From Nageia nagi (taxonomy: Eukaryota > Plantae > Pinophyta): 64,000 nucleotides of DNA. The position numbers and the translations under genes were made by a program. Shown one piece after another: positions 14,416 to 27,800 of this stretch. The notes beneath the pieces were generated by a model. That model was not told the DNA's origin and did not search any database. It saw nothing but the letters and a program-made list of their open reading frames with translations. The stretch covers positions 4,526,001 through 4,590,000 of the forward strand of contig JBITNC010000002.1 in NCBI GenBank assembly GCA_050084985.1. Reading direction: 5' to 3'. Numbering within the stretch: position 1 is the first letter of the stretch; each line of letters begins with the position of its first letter.

Positions 14416-15302
14416 ACCTATTTCAAAGGAGGGGCCAATTAGCTCTAAATTTGATACTCTAACCTTTCTCAAGGAAGGGACTAGTTAGCTTTTAGAGTTG
14501 GTACTCCACCCTTATAGGACGTTTACTTATCTATCATCATTATTAATTATAAATATTTGAAATTATCATTAATTTATCAATCTAGGTGAGGGTCTTAACA
14601 TTATATACAATAGAAAATCCTAATTTAGGTATATGAGTAGATTTTTAGCAAACATGTACAATAATGAAAATAAAAATGCTAAAAGGAAATTTGTTACAAA
14701 GAAAATAAAGCATGGAAATTGTAGCAATTCAAATTATAGGAATTCAAATTTCACACAAAAAAAAGAAATAAAGCATACAAATGTACAATAAATAGCATAC
14801 CCTATTGCAGTTGCAAAATATTCACTTAAAATTAAGAGATTAATTCACTTAAAATCTAATAAAGTGCAAAAGGTGTTTTCTTAGACACCTAACTTAAGTT
14901 ACAAGTGGAAGTATATATGATAATGCAAAATTAGAATTCCCTATCCTAATACATTATGCTCGTGCTTACTTATGATTTTTGCTCTCAAATTATGATCCAA
15001 GATTGCTCAAGGGTTTGAAAGTTAGAATTTTAAAAATTCAAGGGTTTCACTCAACTTTGGGAGGAATTCTACCATAATTCTCCATCAACTTTCTTAAATA
15101 TTCATTCCATACATGACTAGTAACATTCTCATGGTGGATTTGTGTTAAAACTAACATATATTGCTTGTATTTGTGTGTTTTCAAGGTTATTATAGGTATA
15201 AAATACTTTCAACAATGGAATTGGCTTGGAAATTGAACCTTTGTATCATCAAATAAATTTTGAACATGTATTGTATTTACTAGGGTAAAATCATAGTAAT
15301 TT

Positions 15303-16120
15303 CTTGATGTACTAGTTTATAAAAGGGATAATAGGGATATGGGGCATGAGGTATATAGAAAAAAGACACATACAGACATATACTTACATGCCTCATCTCA
15401 TCATAATCATGCTCAAAATATGGGAGTACTAAATACTATTTTAATTAGAGCCCTTAGAATTTAATATAATTACCATATACACAAGGAGAAAATGCATTTA
15501 ACTAAAGCACTAATGAGTAATGGTTATTCTATTAAAGAGATTAGACATGCATGGAATAAGATATAAAGAGGAAAAACTAATGAGAGACAAGACCATAATA
15601 ATACTAATTAATACATAAGGATACCATAACTTCCCTATATCAAGGTTTTAAGTGATAATTTAACTAAAATATCAAAGAAAGCACATATTAAGATAAGTTT
15701 TCTTCCTCTCAATAAATTATAGAACATGTTCATATCTATGAAGGACCACTTAGAACCTTTACAACATAAAGGTGTATATAAGATAATGTGTGAGTGTAGA
15801 ACTTGTTACATTGGTGAAACAAGTAGGTCAATACTTGAAAGATTTAAAGAACATTGTATAGATTTATAATACAATAGAATAATTAAATTTGCCCTTGTTG
15901 AACATGTGGATAAGACTAAATACCATATACTCATGGATAAGGTTGAATTCTTGGCTAGACATGATAAATTTCAAGAACAAAGAATTATAGAAGCTATTAA
16001 AATTAAAATTAACCATAATAATATTAATAAATATTAAGATATTGGGATTAGTAGGGCATGGTTATCTATTATTGACCTAATTCATAGGCATAGAAGGAAA
16101 AATAATATGATACTAAAATA
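15303..16120 (+). pseudogene. Upstream partial Penelope copy: RT C-terminus/thumb and GIY-YIG
   Basis: FLDV..Y, YRKKTHTDIYLH, KGVYKIMCECRTCYIGETSRS. Closely matches 18315-18730 and 22736-23137. Confidence 0.9.
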
Positions 16121-16310
16121 GCCATAACTTTTGCATTTTAACTCGATTTTTAATGTTCTTTACATCATTGGAAATATATTTTTATGTAAAATTTAAATAT
16201 ATTTATATTTTTAGTATTTTATAATTATATAGGGTTGATATTGATATTATAAAATTAGGTATTACTAATCTCTACTAAAAGAAGAAGATTCCACTTTATT
16301 TCCTTCATTT

Positions 16311-16360
16311 AATAATTTAGAAGATGGGTCCCATAGATTGGACTCAAAATGTTAATAATT
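16311..16360 (+). ncRNA. Decayed minimal type I hammerhead ribozyme, pLTR copy 1
   Basis: AATAATT-tagaaga-T-GGGTCC-catagatt-GGACTC-aaaat-GTT-AATAATT, read as stem I, CUGANGA box, stem II, GAAAC, GUH, stem I'. Confidence 0.7.
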
Positions 16361-18734
16361 CATATTCATATGTAATTCAACCTCAAAATAACAAATATAA
16401 TGATACTAATTTTCAAATATTGAGTTATAATATATCCCTCTATGGAAGGGATCTCCTCAAAGAGATTAAAATATTTGAATCTCTAAAAATGAAGAAAATT
16501 GTGCTTCTAATGAACTTGACCTTTCTAAAAGGATATAGAGATGAACATACCTTACCTAATTTTACAAGATTTAAATACCTCTATACTTATAGTAGATGCA
16601 AAAATATTTTAGAGAGATCTAGTATAGCTATTTTGCATACTAAGATCAATAACAAAAGGAAACAAATAGATGACATCTCTAGAAACTTACTCTCACTATA
16701 TATCAAAATTTATAACATTATTTATAGAAGGAAATGGGATATCATAGAGATAATATCATCAGCTAAATTAGAGTGCAAGGAAATATCTAGATCCAAGAGA
16801 CATACTAAAATTTGAAACTCTAAAATACCATGCTAAGCTAATTCTAAAAATTAATATTTTACCTAACTATGTTGATTATACCCCATATCTTGATAATAAG
16901 ATTCATTATAATAAAGATATGCTTCTTCACCTTCGTAACACCACTCATTAAATTTTATTAAGTAACATTCCTCTTATGTTATTAAATAGTAGTTTCCTTA
17001 ATAACATATAAATGTTATCGAAGATCATACATGCAATGATAAATGTCTAGATCCTTTACTTGCTTCTTGTCCTTGTTCATATTCTATAATTGATGCATCT
17101 TCTTCATATTAAAATACATATATATCACCCTATTATATACACTCTCATTATCCCTCCTTTTCATGTTAATGATTTAGTTATAAATAATACACAATGCTTA
17201 CCTAGAAATTTTGAAAGGTCTATCTTCAAAGGTGTTGCTAATCTCTCTAGTATTGTTCTAAATAATCATGCTATGCATATTTTGAATAAAAGTCTCAATT
17301 TTTCTATCACTCCAAAGAAACTTCCTTATGAAAAATTCATTTTTGGGATTGAGTGAGCTATAAAATACCTTGCTAATAATGTGGCTAAAAAAATATTCTC
17401 CAAGATGGTGTAAGAGTATTAAAGAAGGCAAAACCATCAAAGAAAAATATTTCGAAGCATGAAGAGGTTGCTTTAAGAGAATTGAAAAATAAAAAAGATA
17501 TTTTCATACTTAAAGAAAATAAAGGAAATGCAAATGTAGTTCTTGATGTTAATAACTACCATGCAAAAATGTTAGATCATCTTATTTCTTTAGGTAGCTA
17601 TAATAAATTAAATACTAACCCCTTGAATAAAATTATCAAGAAAGTAAAAAAAGTTATATTAGCCTCCTCTTTAGATGAGTAAACCAAGAAAATATCAATT
17701 ATAAAAAGGATATATTGGTCTATAAAAATACATAAAGAAGGTATATTCTAATTAGACCCATTGTGGATACCATTGACTCCCCAACTTATAAGTTAGCTAA
17801 ATATTTAGCCAAAAAAACACTAAAACACCTATTAGGTAATACATATTCATACATTAATAAATCTAAACATTTTATTAGCAAGTTAAAGAATCGTAAAGTT
17901 AAGGATGATTATATTTTGGTTAGTTTTGATGTTGTTTCCTTATACACAAAAATCCCTATAGATAAAGCATTAAAGGTTATATATAACTTAGTATACCATG
18001 ATACATCATGTTGATTAAAATATTCCTTGAAACTACATTTTCAGTTACAAAGGGGATTTCTATGAACAAGTGCATGGGTGGAAATGAATCTCCATTATCT
18101 TCCATTACTATCAAATTATATATGGAGTGGTTTGAAACAAAGGCCTTTGATTCATTTACTTTAAAACCATAATGGTGCAATAGATATGTAGATGATACAA
18201 ATATGAATTGGCCACATAGAAAAGATTCTCTTGAAGTTTTTCATAACCACCTTAATTCAATTGATGATAGTATTCAATTTACAAAATAAATTGAACATGA
18301 TAGTAAGATTCCATTCCTTGATGTAGTAGTTTATAAAGAAGGATAACAGGGATATAGGGTATGAGGTATATAGAAAAAATACACATATGTACATATACTC
18401 ACATACCTCACTCATCATCATTATGCTCAAAATATGGGGGTACTCAATGCTCTTATAACTAGAGTCCTTACAATTTCAAATAATGACCATATACATAAGG
18501 AGATAATGCATTTAACTAAAGCACTAATGAGTAATGGTTATTCTATTAAAGATATTAGACATGCATGGAATATGAGAGAAAGAGTAAAAACTAATGAGAG
18601 ACAAGACTATAATAATACTAATTCATACATAATGGTAACCTAAATTCCCTATATTGAGGGTTTAAGTGATAGTTTAGCTAAACTACTAATGAAAGCACAT
18701 ATTATGACAAATTTGTTTCATCTTAATAAATTAG
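16324..18734 (+). pseudogene. Penelope ORF N-terminus and reverse transcriptase (decayed)
   Basis: LNKSLNFSITP, IFILKENKGNANVVLD, RPIVDTIDSPTYKLAKYL, LVSFDVVSLYTKIP, RYVDDT (18182), IPFLDV, YRK.TH...YSH. Multiple stops and frameshifts. Confidence 0.92.
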
Positions 18735-21700
18735 TGCTATGAACTAAACTAGGTTCACTCCTCAAATGCTCCCTAGGAGAGGGACGTTTCGCTTGAAGCT
18801 ATGAAATTGGCCAAACAATGTCAAAAATCACAAATATCCTAACATCTAGCTAAACTAGTGATTAAGCAACTTTGAAAATGCAAAATATCTTCAAGATCCC
18901 AATGTTTAGCCATATTGAGAAAATATATAAATAACACAAGCAAATGTCTCTAATATTCCAACATTGCAATTAAGGATCAAAATAGTAATTCATGTCATAC
19001 AATAATCTCTCCAGATCCAAATTCCAAGCATAGGAAGATATTACAACAAAATGATAGCAAAGATATAATTATATTGATTTAAAAATAGTGGAGGGGAAAT
19101 TACAATATTTTTATCTACCTAAAGAGATGGTACCAAGACTACCTTCAATAGGGTTATGTTGGATGGCTCTAGGTCCTCAACAATCATAGCAATAGTGAGG
19201 CATAGTCTAGGAATTCCTTTGCAGCTTCAGTGATGGAACTAGTAATGATCCTTTCAATATGGTTGGAGAAAGTTTGAGGTTACCCTCCTCTCACCTCAAT
19301 ACCTCAAATGTATATTTCCCTACAAGTGGCAAAGTTAGAGTTCTCACACTTAATCCAAAAAAAGGGGTTTAATAATAATAATAATCAACATATCTCATAA
19401 TGGCTATGAGTCCTCCCTTTATAGTCAAGGGTGATCATATTCCAATCTTGCATTGAGATAATCTAATGGTGGAGATATGTGGTCTATGTGCTAATATTTG
19501 TAATATCTAATAGGATAAGCCTTAGGATAAGTGAAATCACATCTAAGGGATAGAAATACCAATTTCCAAGAGAGATTGATATTAGAGCACCTCAATATTA
19601 GTTCAATGGGTCCAAGTACCAAGGAGAGGAGATGTGGGGCCTTGGTATGCTCAAGTTTCCAACGTCCATGCATGGGAGCCATCCTCTTGCCTTGGGATTG
19701 CTAAAACCTTGTTTGTAGTACCAAATCCAACCTTGGAGCTCCTAATGATCTCATAATAAATGCAATCACCTAAAGGGATGCTCTACCTTAAAGAGGGAAG
19801 CACTAATGATGTGAGATACATTAAATACCAATATTACAATTTTTAAAGCTAAAAATATGCAATGACTCTTTTAGGAAGTCTAATATCGCATTTACAAATA
19901 TAATTTCCTTGGTATTACAAATACATTTTTATTGGTATTTTAGGTACTTAACTAAATGTAATAAATAAATAAAAGGGTATTTTATTCCATAATTAGAGCT
20001 TCTAACTAAGTCTCTAAGTGGAATTTACATCATTTCACCAAATATTACAAAAATAGATAATATCACTCCCAAATTAATGTTACCATTTATCAAAGGTGAA
20101 ATGAGGAAAACACCAAAAAATGGGGATATTACAAGTTTGTCATTCCCAAATTGCTTGTCCCCAAGCAATTTAAAAAATCCATAGCTATGGCAAAGTGTTC
20201 TTGATATCTTCCTTCATTTATGATCCAAGAATCCTTAATCTCTAATTTCTTCTTATTAACCTCCATTCTTTATTTTTTGAAATCTTCTATTAGGATGTGT
20301 AGTATTGCTTCCTTCTTTTCATGGGAATCGATTGGTTCTATCTTTGTGAATTTTGCTACCCTTGAGTTCTCTAATTCTAATACTTTAGTGATTGATTTTC
20401 CACCTTCTTGCTCCAATTTTGGTTCTAAATGGGAAGATATGTGCATGTGCTCATTAATTCTTTCCATGGCCTTGGAATCTTTCCATGTTACTTTTTCTCC
20501 TAAAGGTTTTTCCATGAAGGGGTGTTGATGATTATTTTTATTTTATTTTTTTATCATCTAAATACAAGTGATAGGTAATGGTTCATTCATTATTAGTTAA
20601 AGGAATTATGTCCTCATAGTAACTTATGTCAGGTCCTTTGGGTGTGGCATCTTTTGGCTTAGTTATGGTTTTTGATTCTTGCTTCGTATCCTTATTTTGC
20701 CCATGTTTTGCCTCATATTCTTGAATTTATTTAACTAATGTAGCTAGAACTTCTTTTCTAGAATTCTTAGATTCCTGATGTAGTTTAATGTATCTTTTGA
20801 ATAGTGGTTCCATCCCTTGTCTTAGTCTAAAAGTCTTGAAGTCAATTACCTCCTTTGCTTGGGATAGCTTCACTATAAGTCTAGTTGCTAGCTCCAACTA
20901 TACGGTCTAGTTATGCCTTCTGATCCTCATTCATTGGTTGTTGAGCTTCCCAGTATATGTAGAAAGGAACAACCTTTTGAATTTTTTTTTGGTTTTTCAT
21001 AACAGTCACTTAAGATGTCTTTGAGATTGGCTAGTTTATTTGTATGTGTTCTTATTACCGCTTCTTTGTTTTGAAACTCTTCAATCTTATCCAATATTTG
21101 TTGGGTTAGTCTTATCAAAATATCTAGTTTTTGCTTGATTCTTCTCTAACATTTAGGGTTGAAGTATTTCTTTTATTCTTTCTAGCTTTCCTAGTGAACT
21201 TTATTTTGTTACCAACATTGATGTTGAATATATAAGGTTTCTTACAATGAAAGAAGGTTTTGGGGTTTCTCATCTCTCATGTTTTATTGTGACTATAAGT
21301 TGTAGCCATAATATGGATATAGTGATTTCTTCATGATATTCCATGACCAAGAGTCTTTGTATGTGCTATCATCTTGGTTAGAAGGGTGATTAGAGTATCC
21401 AATTTTTTATCTACCATTTTTGTTTTAGAAACTCAAAACACCTTATCTCTCCTATTTTATTTTGCTTGTCAAATAAATAAATTAAATTCCTTATGAATCC
21501 TAAAAATATTTTTTATTTTCCTAATAATGAAATAAAAATATTTTTATATTTCTAAATATTTTTCTCTTCTTATTTCTCCTAAAAACAAAATAAATATTTT
21601 TGTCTTTTTCTTCTTTTTACTACTACTAAAAGTAAATAAAATGAAAATTTCTCAAACCTCTATGAAGAATTAAATCTCAAGCCTTCAATAGATGAGTTGT

Positions 21701-22730
21701 TGTGGACTCACAATAAATAGAGCCTCTTACACACCCAATGTCTCACTTCTAGCCTCATATTTTGGATTCAACAAAAAAAATATCCCAATATTTCCTCCTC
21801 AAGCTTCCATGGTGTAGATAACATAGTGAAATTTAAGCAATAATAGTAATTGAATTTTCCTTTCCTCAACATCCTTCTTGTAGTGAGTTGCAGCTCCAGA
21901 TTTTCTAGAAAATAATGGCTAAAATATCAAATGATTCTGCAAAATTATTAGTTCTTAACCTCCATGATCAAAATTTGATCAATTCTTATAGTTATGTATC
22001 ACTTATGATGTCAGTACAATCCATAATTTGCCTTAACAAGCCAACATTTCCCTTCATATGCTTTTGGAATGTAGTAGAATATCCAAAAACTCTCCCAATA
22101 CTCCAACATCTGACTTCAAGAGAGGTTGAAATGTAGAGAGGTTCTCAAAAATGCTCCCAATATGCCAATGTATGCCTTTAAGTGAGCTTAAAATGCAAAA
22201 TGAACCTCCATGATTGCTCCAAGATACCAATTTTTACCTTCATGTGGACTCAAATTGCATAACTAACCTTCAAAATGTACTTAAAACACCAACATTTGGC
22301 TTCCAATAAGCTCAATATGAAAAATTTATCTTAGAAATACCTTCAAATTACCAATGTATGGATTCAAATCATCCTATAATGCCAACATTTAGCTCCAAAT
22401 GAGCTCAAATTCTCCAAAATGCCTCAGATTCATGCTTCCTCAACCCAAACAAACCTCCTTTATACTTTAGATCACAACAACAAATTCAAACTTGATATAA
22501 TTTCCCTGGTATTACAAATACATTTTTATTACTATTTTAGGTACTTAACTAAATGCAATAAATAAATAAAAGGGCCTTTTATTCCATAATTAGAGCTTCT
22601 AACTAAGTATCTAAGTGGAATTTACATCATTTGGTGAAATCTTACAAAAATGAATAAAATATTTCCTAAATTAATATTCCAATTTATCAAATATGAAATG
22701 GGAAAAATACCAAAAAATAGGTACATTACA
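18735..22730 (-). mobile_element. Deleted gypsy LTR retrotransposon inserted between the Penelope RT and EN
   Basis: TG...CA termini with 5-bp TSD ATTAG (18730-18734, 22731-22735). Full 3' LTR 18735-20133. Only ~235 bp of the 5' LTR remain (22495-22730, matching 19898-20133). TTGCTTGGGGACAAGCAA motif upstream of the 3' LTR. Extra-ORF relic at 20220-21420. Confidence 0.88.
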
Positions 22731-22735
22731 ATTAG

Positions 22736-23137
22736 TGAACATGTTCATATCTATGAAGGATCACTTAGAACCCTTACAACATAAAGGTGTATATAAGATG
22801 ATGTGTGAGTGTGGAACTTGTTACATTGGTGAAATAGGTAGGTCACTACTTGAAAGAGTTAAAAAACATTATGTATATTTACAATACAATAGAATAATCG
22901 AATCTTCCCTTAATGAACATGTGGATAAGACTAGACACCATATACTCATGGATAAGGTTGAATTCTTGGCTAGATGTGATAACTTCCAAGAATGAAGAAT
23001 TAGAGAAGCTTTTAAAATTAAACTTAACCCTAATAATATTTAATAGAGACCAAGGTATTGAAATTAGTAGGGCATGGTTACCTATTATTGACTTAATTCA
23101 AAGGTATAGAAGGAAAAATAATATGATACTAAAATAA
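22736..23137 (+). pseudogene. Penelope GIY-YIG endonuclease
   Basis: KGVYKMMCECGTCYIGEIGRSLLERVKKH...SSLNEH...TRH...IFNRDQG, with the CxC and His residues typical of PLE endonucleases. Confidence 0.92.
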
Positions 23138-23327
23138 CCATAACATTTGCATTTTAACTCAATTTTTCATATTCTTTACATCATTGGAAAAAATATTTTT
23201 ATTTTAAAGTTAACTATATTTATATGTTTGGTATTTTATAATGATATAGTACCAACATTGATCTTATAAAATTGGGTATTACTATTCTCTACTTAAAGAA
23301 GAAGGTTCCACTTTATTTTCTTCATTT

Positions 23328-23377
23328 AGTAATTCTAAAGATGGGTCCCATAGATTGGACTCAAAACATCAATAATT
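23328..23377 (+). ncRNA. Decayed minimal type I hammerhead ribozyme, pLTR copy 2
   Basis: AGTAATT-CTaAAGA-T-GGGTCC-catagatt-GGACTC-aAAAC-aTC-AATAATT. Every core mismatch is a G>A at a CpG or CHG site. Confidence 0.75.
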
Positions 23378-24379
23378 CAAATTCATATGAAAGTCAACCT
23401 CAAACCACTAAAGAGAATCATAGTAATTTTTATCTAAACCTAATATCCTTACATTATTTGCTTCTTAAATTCATAAACCTATGGTTTGAATACACTTTAG
23501 GACTTGTGGGTATCAATGGATCCTTATGATCTAGTTATCTTCAAGGTTCTTGATTTGAAGTAGGGTTTCAAATTTTAAGGGTTTGAAGTTCAAATTGTAG
23601 TTCATTTACTCAAAAGTGTTTATTAGATCCATATTCAAATTATTTTCACATTGCTTAATCTTATTTGAATTCAAAGTAGGAATATGCATATTGCATCAAT
23701 AGGCATATTTGTATTTGAATACTCTATTGATTAGAAGATAGGGGGATTACATTGCCTTTTGGAGTGAGGAAACTCACTCCAATCTAGTTTGGATGCCTTG
23801 AGGGGCTTAAATTGGAGGTCCTCCATATTTTTAGTTGCACTTATGTTTAATCTAACATATTTATAGATTGAGAAGCATAATTGGAAGGTTTAAATCAAAT
23901 ATTTACTCAATCTTTATCCATATTTCAAAGTTTGAAGCATAGTTATGTAGAATTAAGATTCATGTTTTTCATTAACTCATTTTTGTGTTTTAGTACACTT
24001 TAAGCATGAATTTTGACCTACAATAACTTTTTTACTAAAGTATCTTTATAACTTAATGCTCTTTAAGTCAATTTTAAGTCAATATGCTGAAGTTACTATA
24101 GTACTTTTTTGATGATCATTTTTGCTAAGTTACTTCATCAGTTTTTCATTTTTATGTTGTTGTGCTAAGGTTATTTCAGTTAATTTACTCTATTGCACTA
24201 ATGTTACATTAGCGCATTTTTTTGTCACATTGAGGTTACTTCAATGTATTCTCTTCTATTCCATTGAGGTTTCATCAACATATTTCTTCTTGACCATAGT
24301 GCTGAAGTTTCTTTAATGTAATTGTTATAATCAATGTACTGGGGTTTTCCAATAAGACTTCCTTGCATAAAAAACATAT

Positions 24380-24815
24380 TAGTACAGGACTATGTATGCC
24401 ACTATGATTCAAACACCACCAAGTTCTAAGGAAGAATAGTCCTTTGTAGCCACAAAAAATAATGAAGGATTGTTAAGGAAATAGTTTAGGAGGAAAAACA
24501 AAAGAACATGAAGATTAAGAAGAAGTTGTGAAGTTCGAATAGTGAATGGTACTAGTATTCTAGTTAGCCAATATATCGAATTGTATTAGGTAGGAGTTTG
24601 GATATCTATAGCTCTATTTTGTAGTAGTTGAATTAGATAATTATAAGCAAAGTAGTTTTTTTAGCTATGTTTTGAATATGTTTTAATGTAATGAAGCTAC
24701 TTATAGATATAGTTGGCTAGCCAGTTTCATTTGAAACTATTTTGACTAGTTTTTGGGATCCAACTAAAACCCCCCATCTTTTTTTGTTAATATAATTTAC
24801 CTATTAGCAAAAGAA
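24380..24815 (+). mobile_element. Probable LINE 3' tail inserted in the Athila-like LTR
   Basis: Absent from the partner LTR. Ends CCCCCC...AATATAATTTACCTATTAGCAAAAG. Confidence 0.4.
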
Positions 24816-27800
24816 AGAATGAAAATATTAACAAGTAATAAATACACATATTACATCTAGTTAAACCATTTAAGCATGTAAAACCATGTATTACTATTAT
24901 TTAAGTATCCAAAAGGGTAATATTTTGGATAGATATTTATGCTAAAATGATGCCATTTTTGGTCTCATCATCTCCCCCATCTTAAACCTTTCATGATTCT
25001 ATTAGCAAATTTAATTTAGCTAGTCCTTGGATTTGGTTGTATTAAATATTTCTTATCTCCTGCAACCCTTTATATATTCCACTTTGTACTTTACATTATC
25101 AAATATTTTTTATATATTTCCAAACTTAGCACATATATCCATCATAACATTGTTCAATATGAAAATTGTATTTTTACAAAGTATTGAAAATAGAAATGGA
25201 TACTATAACAATAATTTTTCAATTATTTTCTTCAAAACTAAGAGGAATTTTACTCTAATTTTTAATTACTTTTGTTTTTTATGCGAATCAAAAATGTTTG
25301 TCATGATATTCCCTTCATTGGTCAATTCACTTTGCATATGAGATCTTGTTATCAAATTTGAGAGCTCTAGCAACTCCATATCTTTCCCTATTTTTAATTT
25401 TTCATATGCTCTCTTATTGGGTGTTCTATGCTATGTTTACATGAAAATATGATACTAACAATCAGTAATAATAATTTGAATAAAATATGACAACCCTCTG
25501 CTACTAAAATCTAAAATGTATGCATTTCATCATTGTTATGCATGGGCTAAACAAAGGTTGATGCTACATAATCTTGATGCACAAATTTAGTAATAGATTC
25601 TTCAAAAATATTTTCTTGTATCTTTATAAAAGTATCAATTATGCTCATATATGTCTAGTTATTCAAAACAAATTTCTTTTCTATCCCAATCATGTGAAAA
25701 AATAGAACTATATTTTAGCCATAAATTTTCGTATGATATATGATTTAGTTGAAATTTTGAAGGTAGCTTATGAAAATAAGGTAAAAAAAAAAAACCAAAA
25801 ATGGGTTGCAAAAAGGTTTCATAAATACAAAGAAATAATCAATTTCATACAAACAATTTATTGTCAACCACTTCATGTCTAATGGATGCATTCAATCTTC
25901 TTCTATAACATCATTTACAACTTATGAACTTGAGCATGCCCTATAGTTTATTTTCACCCATGAGGCTACTAGAAAATTTAGTTTTCAACCTCATGAATAC
26001 AAAAAAAAAATTATAATATGACTACCAGCTATGTTGATTTTCACACATGTGACCATTAGTAGAGCAAGTTTTCATCCACATGATTGCCAATATAGTTAGT
26101 TTTTACCATACTTTGTATGGATTTGCCTTTAAGAAGATTTTTAAAGTTATATTTATTATTTTCTTCAATGGTTGAATATGAAAAATAATATAGAGTGATA
26201 TCACTCTATCTCCAATAGCCTATTGAAACTAAGATCAACATTCTCTTGATTCGATATCAACCAACCCATTCTATGAAGATCTCTCGTTTATAGGGTAGAA
26301 ACTTGGAAATTTAAAAAAAAAAATCATCTCAAATGAAAATAAATTTAGTTTCCAAGCTTGTTTATTGATCCATATTTTCTATTGAAATATGCCTACTCCT
26401 TATTCTTTGTAAGTTGTAGCTTCTCCATAAGTGTACTCGTAATGTCACTTTGTACCCCATTTTGTGATGCAGTATACCTTAAAAAATCATCAACAAAGAA
26501 AAAGTATGATACTTCCTCATGATGTGCTTGAAAATTTGAGTGTATAATCAATTCAAAAATTGGTAATTCATCAATGGAAAATAAGGATGACCATCCACAT
26601 GTTATCATGACAAAGATGAATACTAAGAAAGTTGATTTTATCAATATTTTGATCTTTAAAATAGTCAACAATTTTCAGATATAAGGGATTTGTTCAGCTT
26701 GGGGATATTGTTCTTTGTATGAAGCATGGATTGGAAAGGTATGATAGAATCAAATGGTAGGTTACTGGGTGGTGATACTTCAACCTTATTTAGCATAGAC
26801 TAGAGAAATGGAAAGGATGATGTTTGTCGTAATTAGTAGAATTTATTGAGATAAATTGAAGCATCACAATACTCTTGATTCTAAACTATACTACTTATTT
26901 CCTCCTATGAAAGTAATTGTGCAACACAAAACTCTTTCTTTTCCAATTCAACCTTCAATGATGTTATTTAGGTTGCATGCAATTTAGTTTGCTCTAAGAA
27001 GTTGATGTTATCAACTAAGGCAATCTTTTGGAATTCCATTTTCTCCAATTTGATGTACAATCAATGATATATTCCTTTATTCACCTATAAAATTGAATGA
27101 TAAAACAAAATAGAAAAGTAGAAATTGTGCAAATAAAATCATATCAACTATTACAAAATAGGATCACAAAATAAAATCAACTATAGTTTTTATGGGCTAT
27201 GAGTTGCTAAGTTACAATTTAGTGTTGAAATGCACTTACCAATCATTAAGCAATGATAACAAAATAGTAGGATCACCTATGATTACAAAATTTATATTTC
27301 CCTTATTTTTATTTTATCTTGGGGGTGGATATGGTGAATTTTTTCCTTTTGGAACTAGAATTGAAATTATTTATCAATTACTCTACTGTAAAGTAGAAAA
27401 ACCAAAACCTACTCACTCCTACAATAATTTTCTAGACCTACACTTGGATAATAATTTCTCAAGGAAACTCGTACCAACCAATAAGAGGGAGTGTGACAAT
27501 ACATGGCTCCTTAATGGCATAGTCAAATTTATCCTAAGTTATAGACGATAAAACTTGGTTCCTATCAACATTATGTCTCCCTGAAAATGGTACCAAAATG
27601 ATGAGAAAATTATTGATATTTAATTAACCTCAGGATTATCACTATCCTCCCTCATGATAAACCTTTCACATGTTTCAAAGTAGCTTTGAAGTTGGTACTC
27701 CAACCTTTCTCAAGGAAGGCTCCAGTTAAATTTTAGAGTTAGTACTCCACCCTTATAGGATGTTTCCTTTCCTCTCATCATTATTAAAGATAAATATTTA

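Larger units (their letters stand above)
15303..23415 (+). mobile_element. Penelope-like retroelement (Dryad-type, RT + GIY-YIG) in partial-tandem arrangement
   Basis: A 5'-truncated 3' copy (15303-~16400) precedes a full ORF unit (16324-18734 + 22736-23137) that ends in the same pLTR. 14-bp TSD AATCATAGTAATTT at 15289-15302 and 23416-23429. Confidence 0.92.
14880..24022 (+). mobile_element. Solo-LTR-like segment (14880-15302 plus 23416-24022) that hosts the Penelope element
   Basis: Starts TAGACACCTAA and ends TTGACCTACA. Absent from the partner Athila-like LTR. Boundaries approximate; no clean TSD. Confidence 0.5.

Noticed and set aside
22693-22735. N-terminus MKWEKYQKIGTLQL of the GIY-YIG ORF, and a homing endonuclease or UvrC interpretation
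   Set aside because: These codons come from the inserted LTR end and its TSD. The nuclease belongs to the Penelope ORF.
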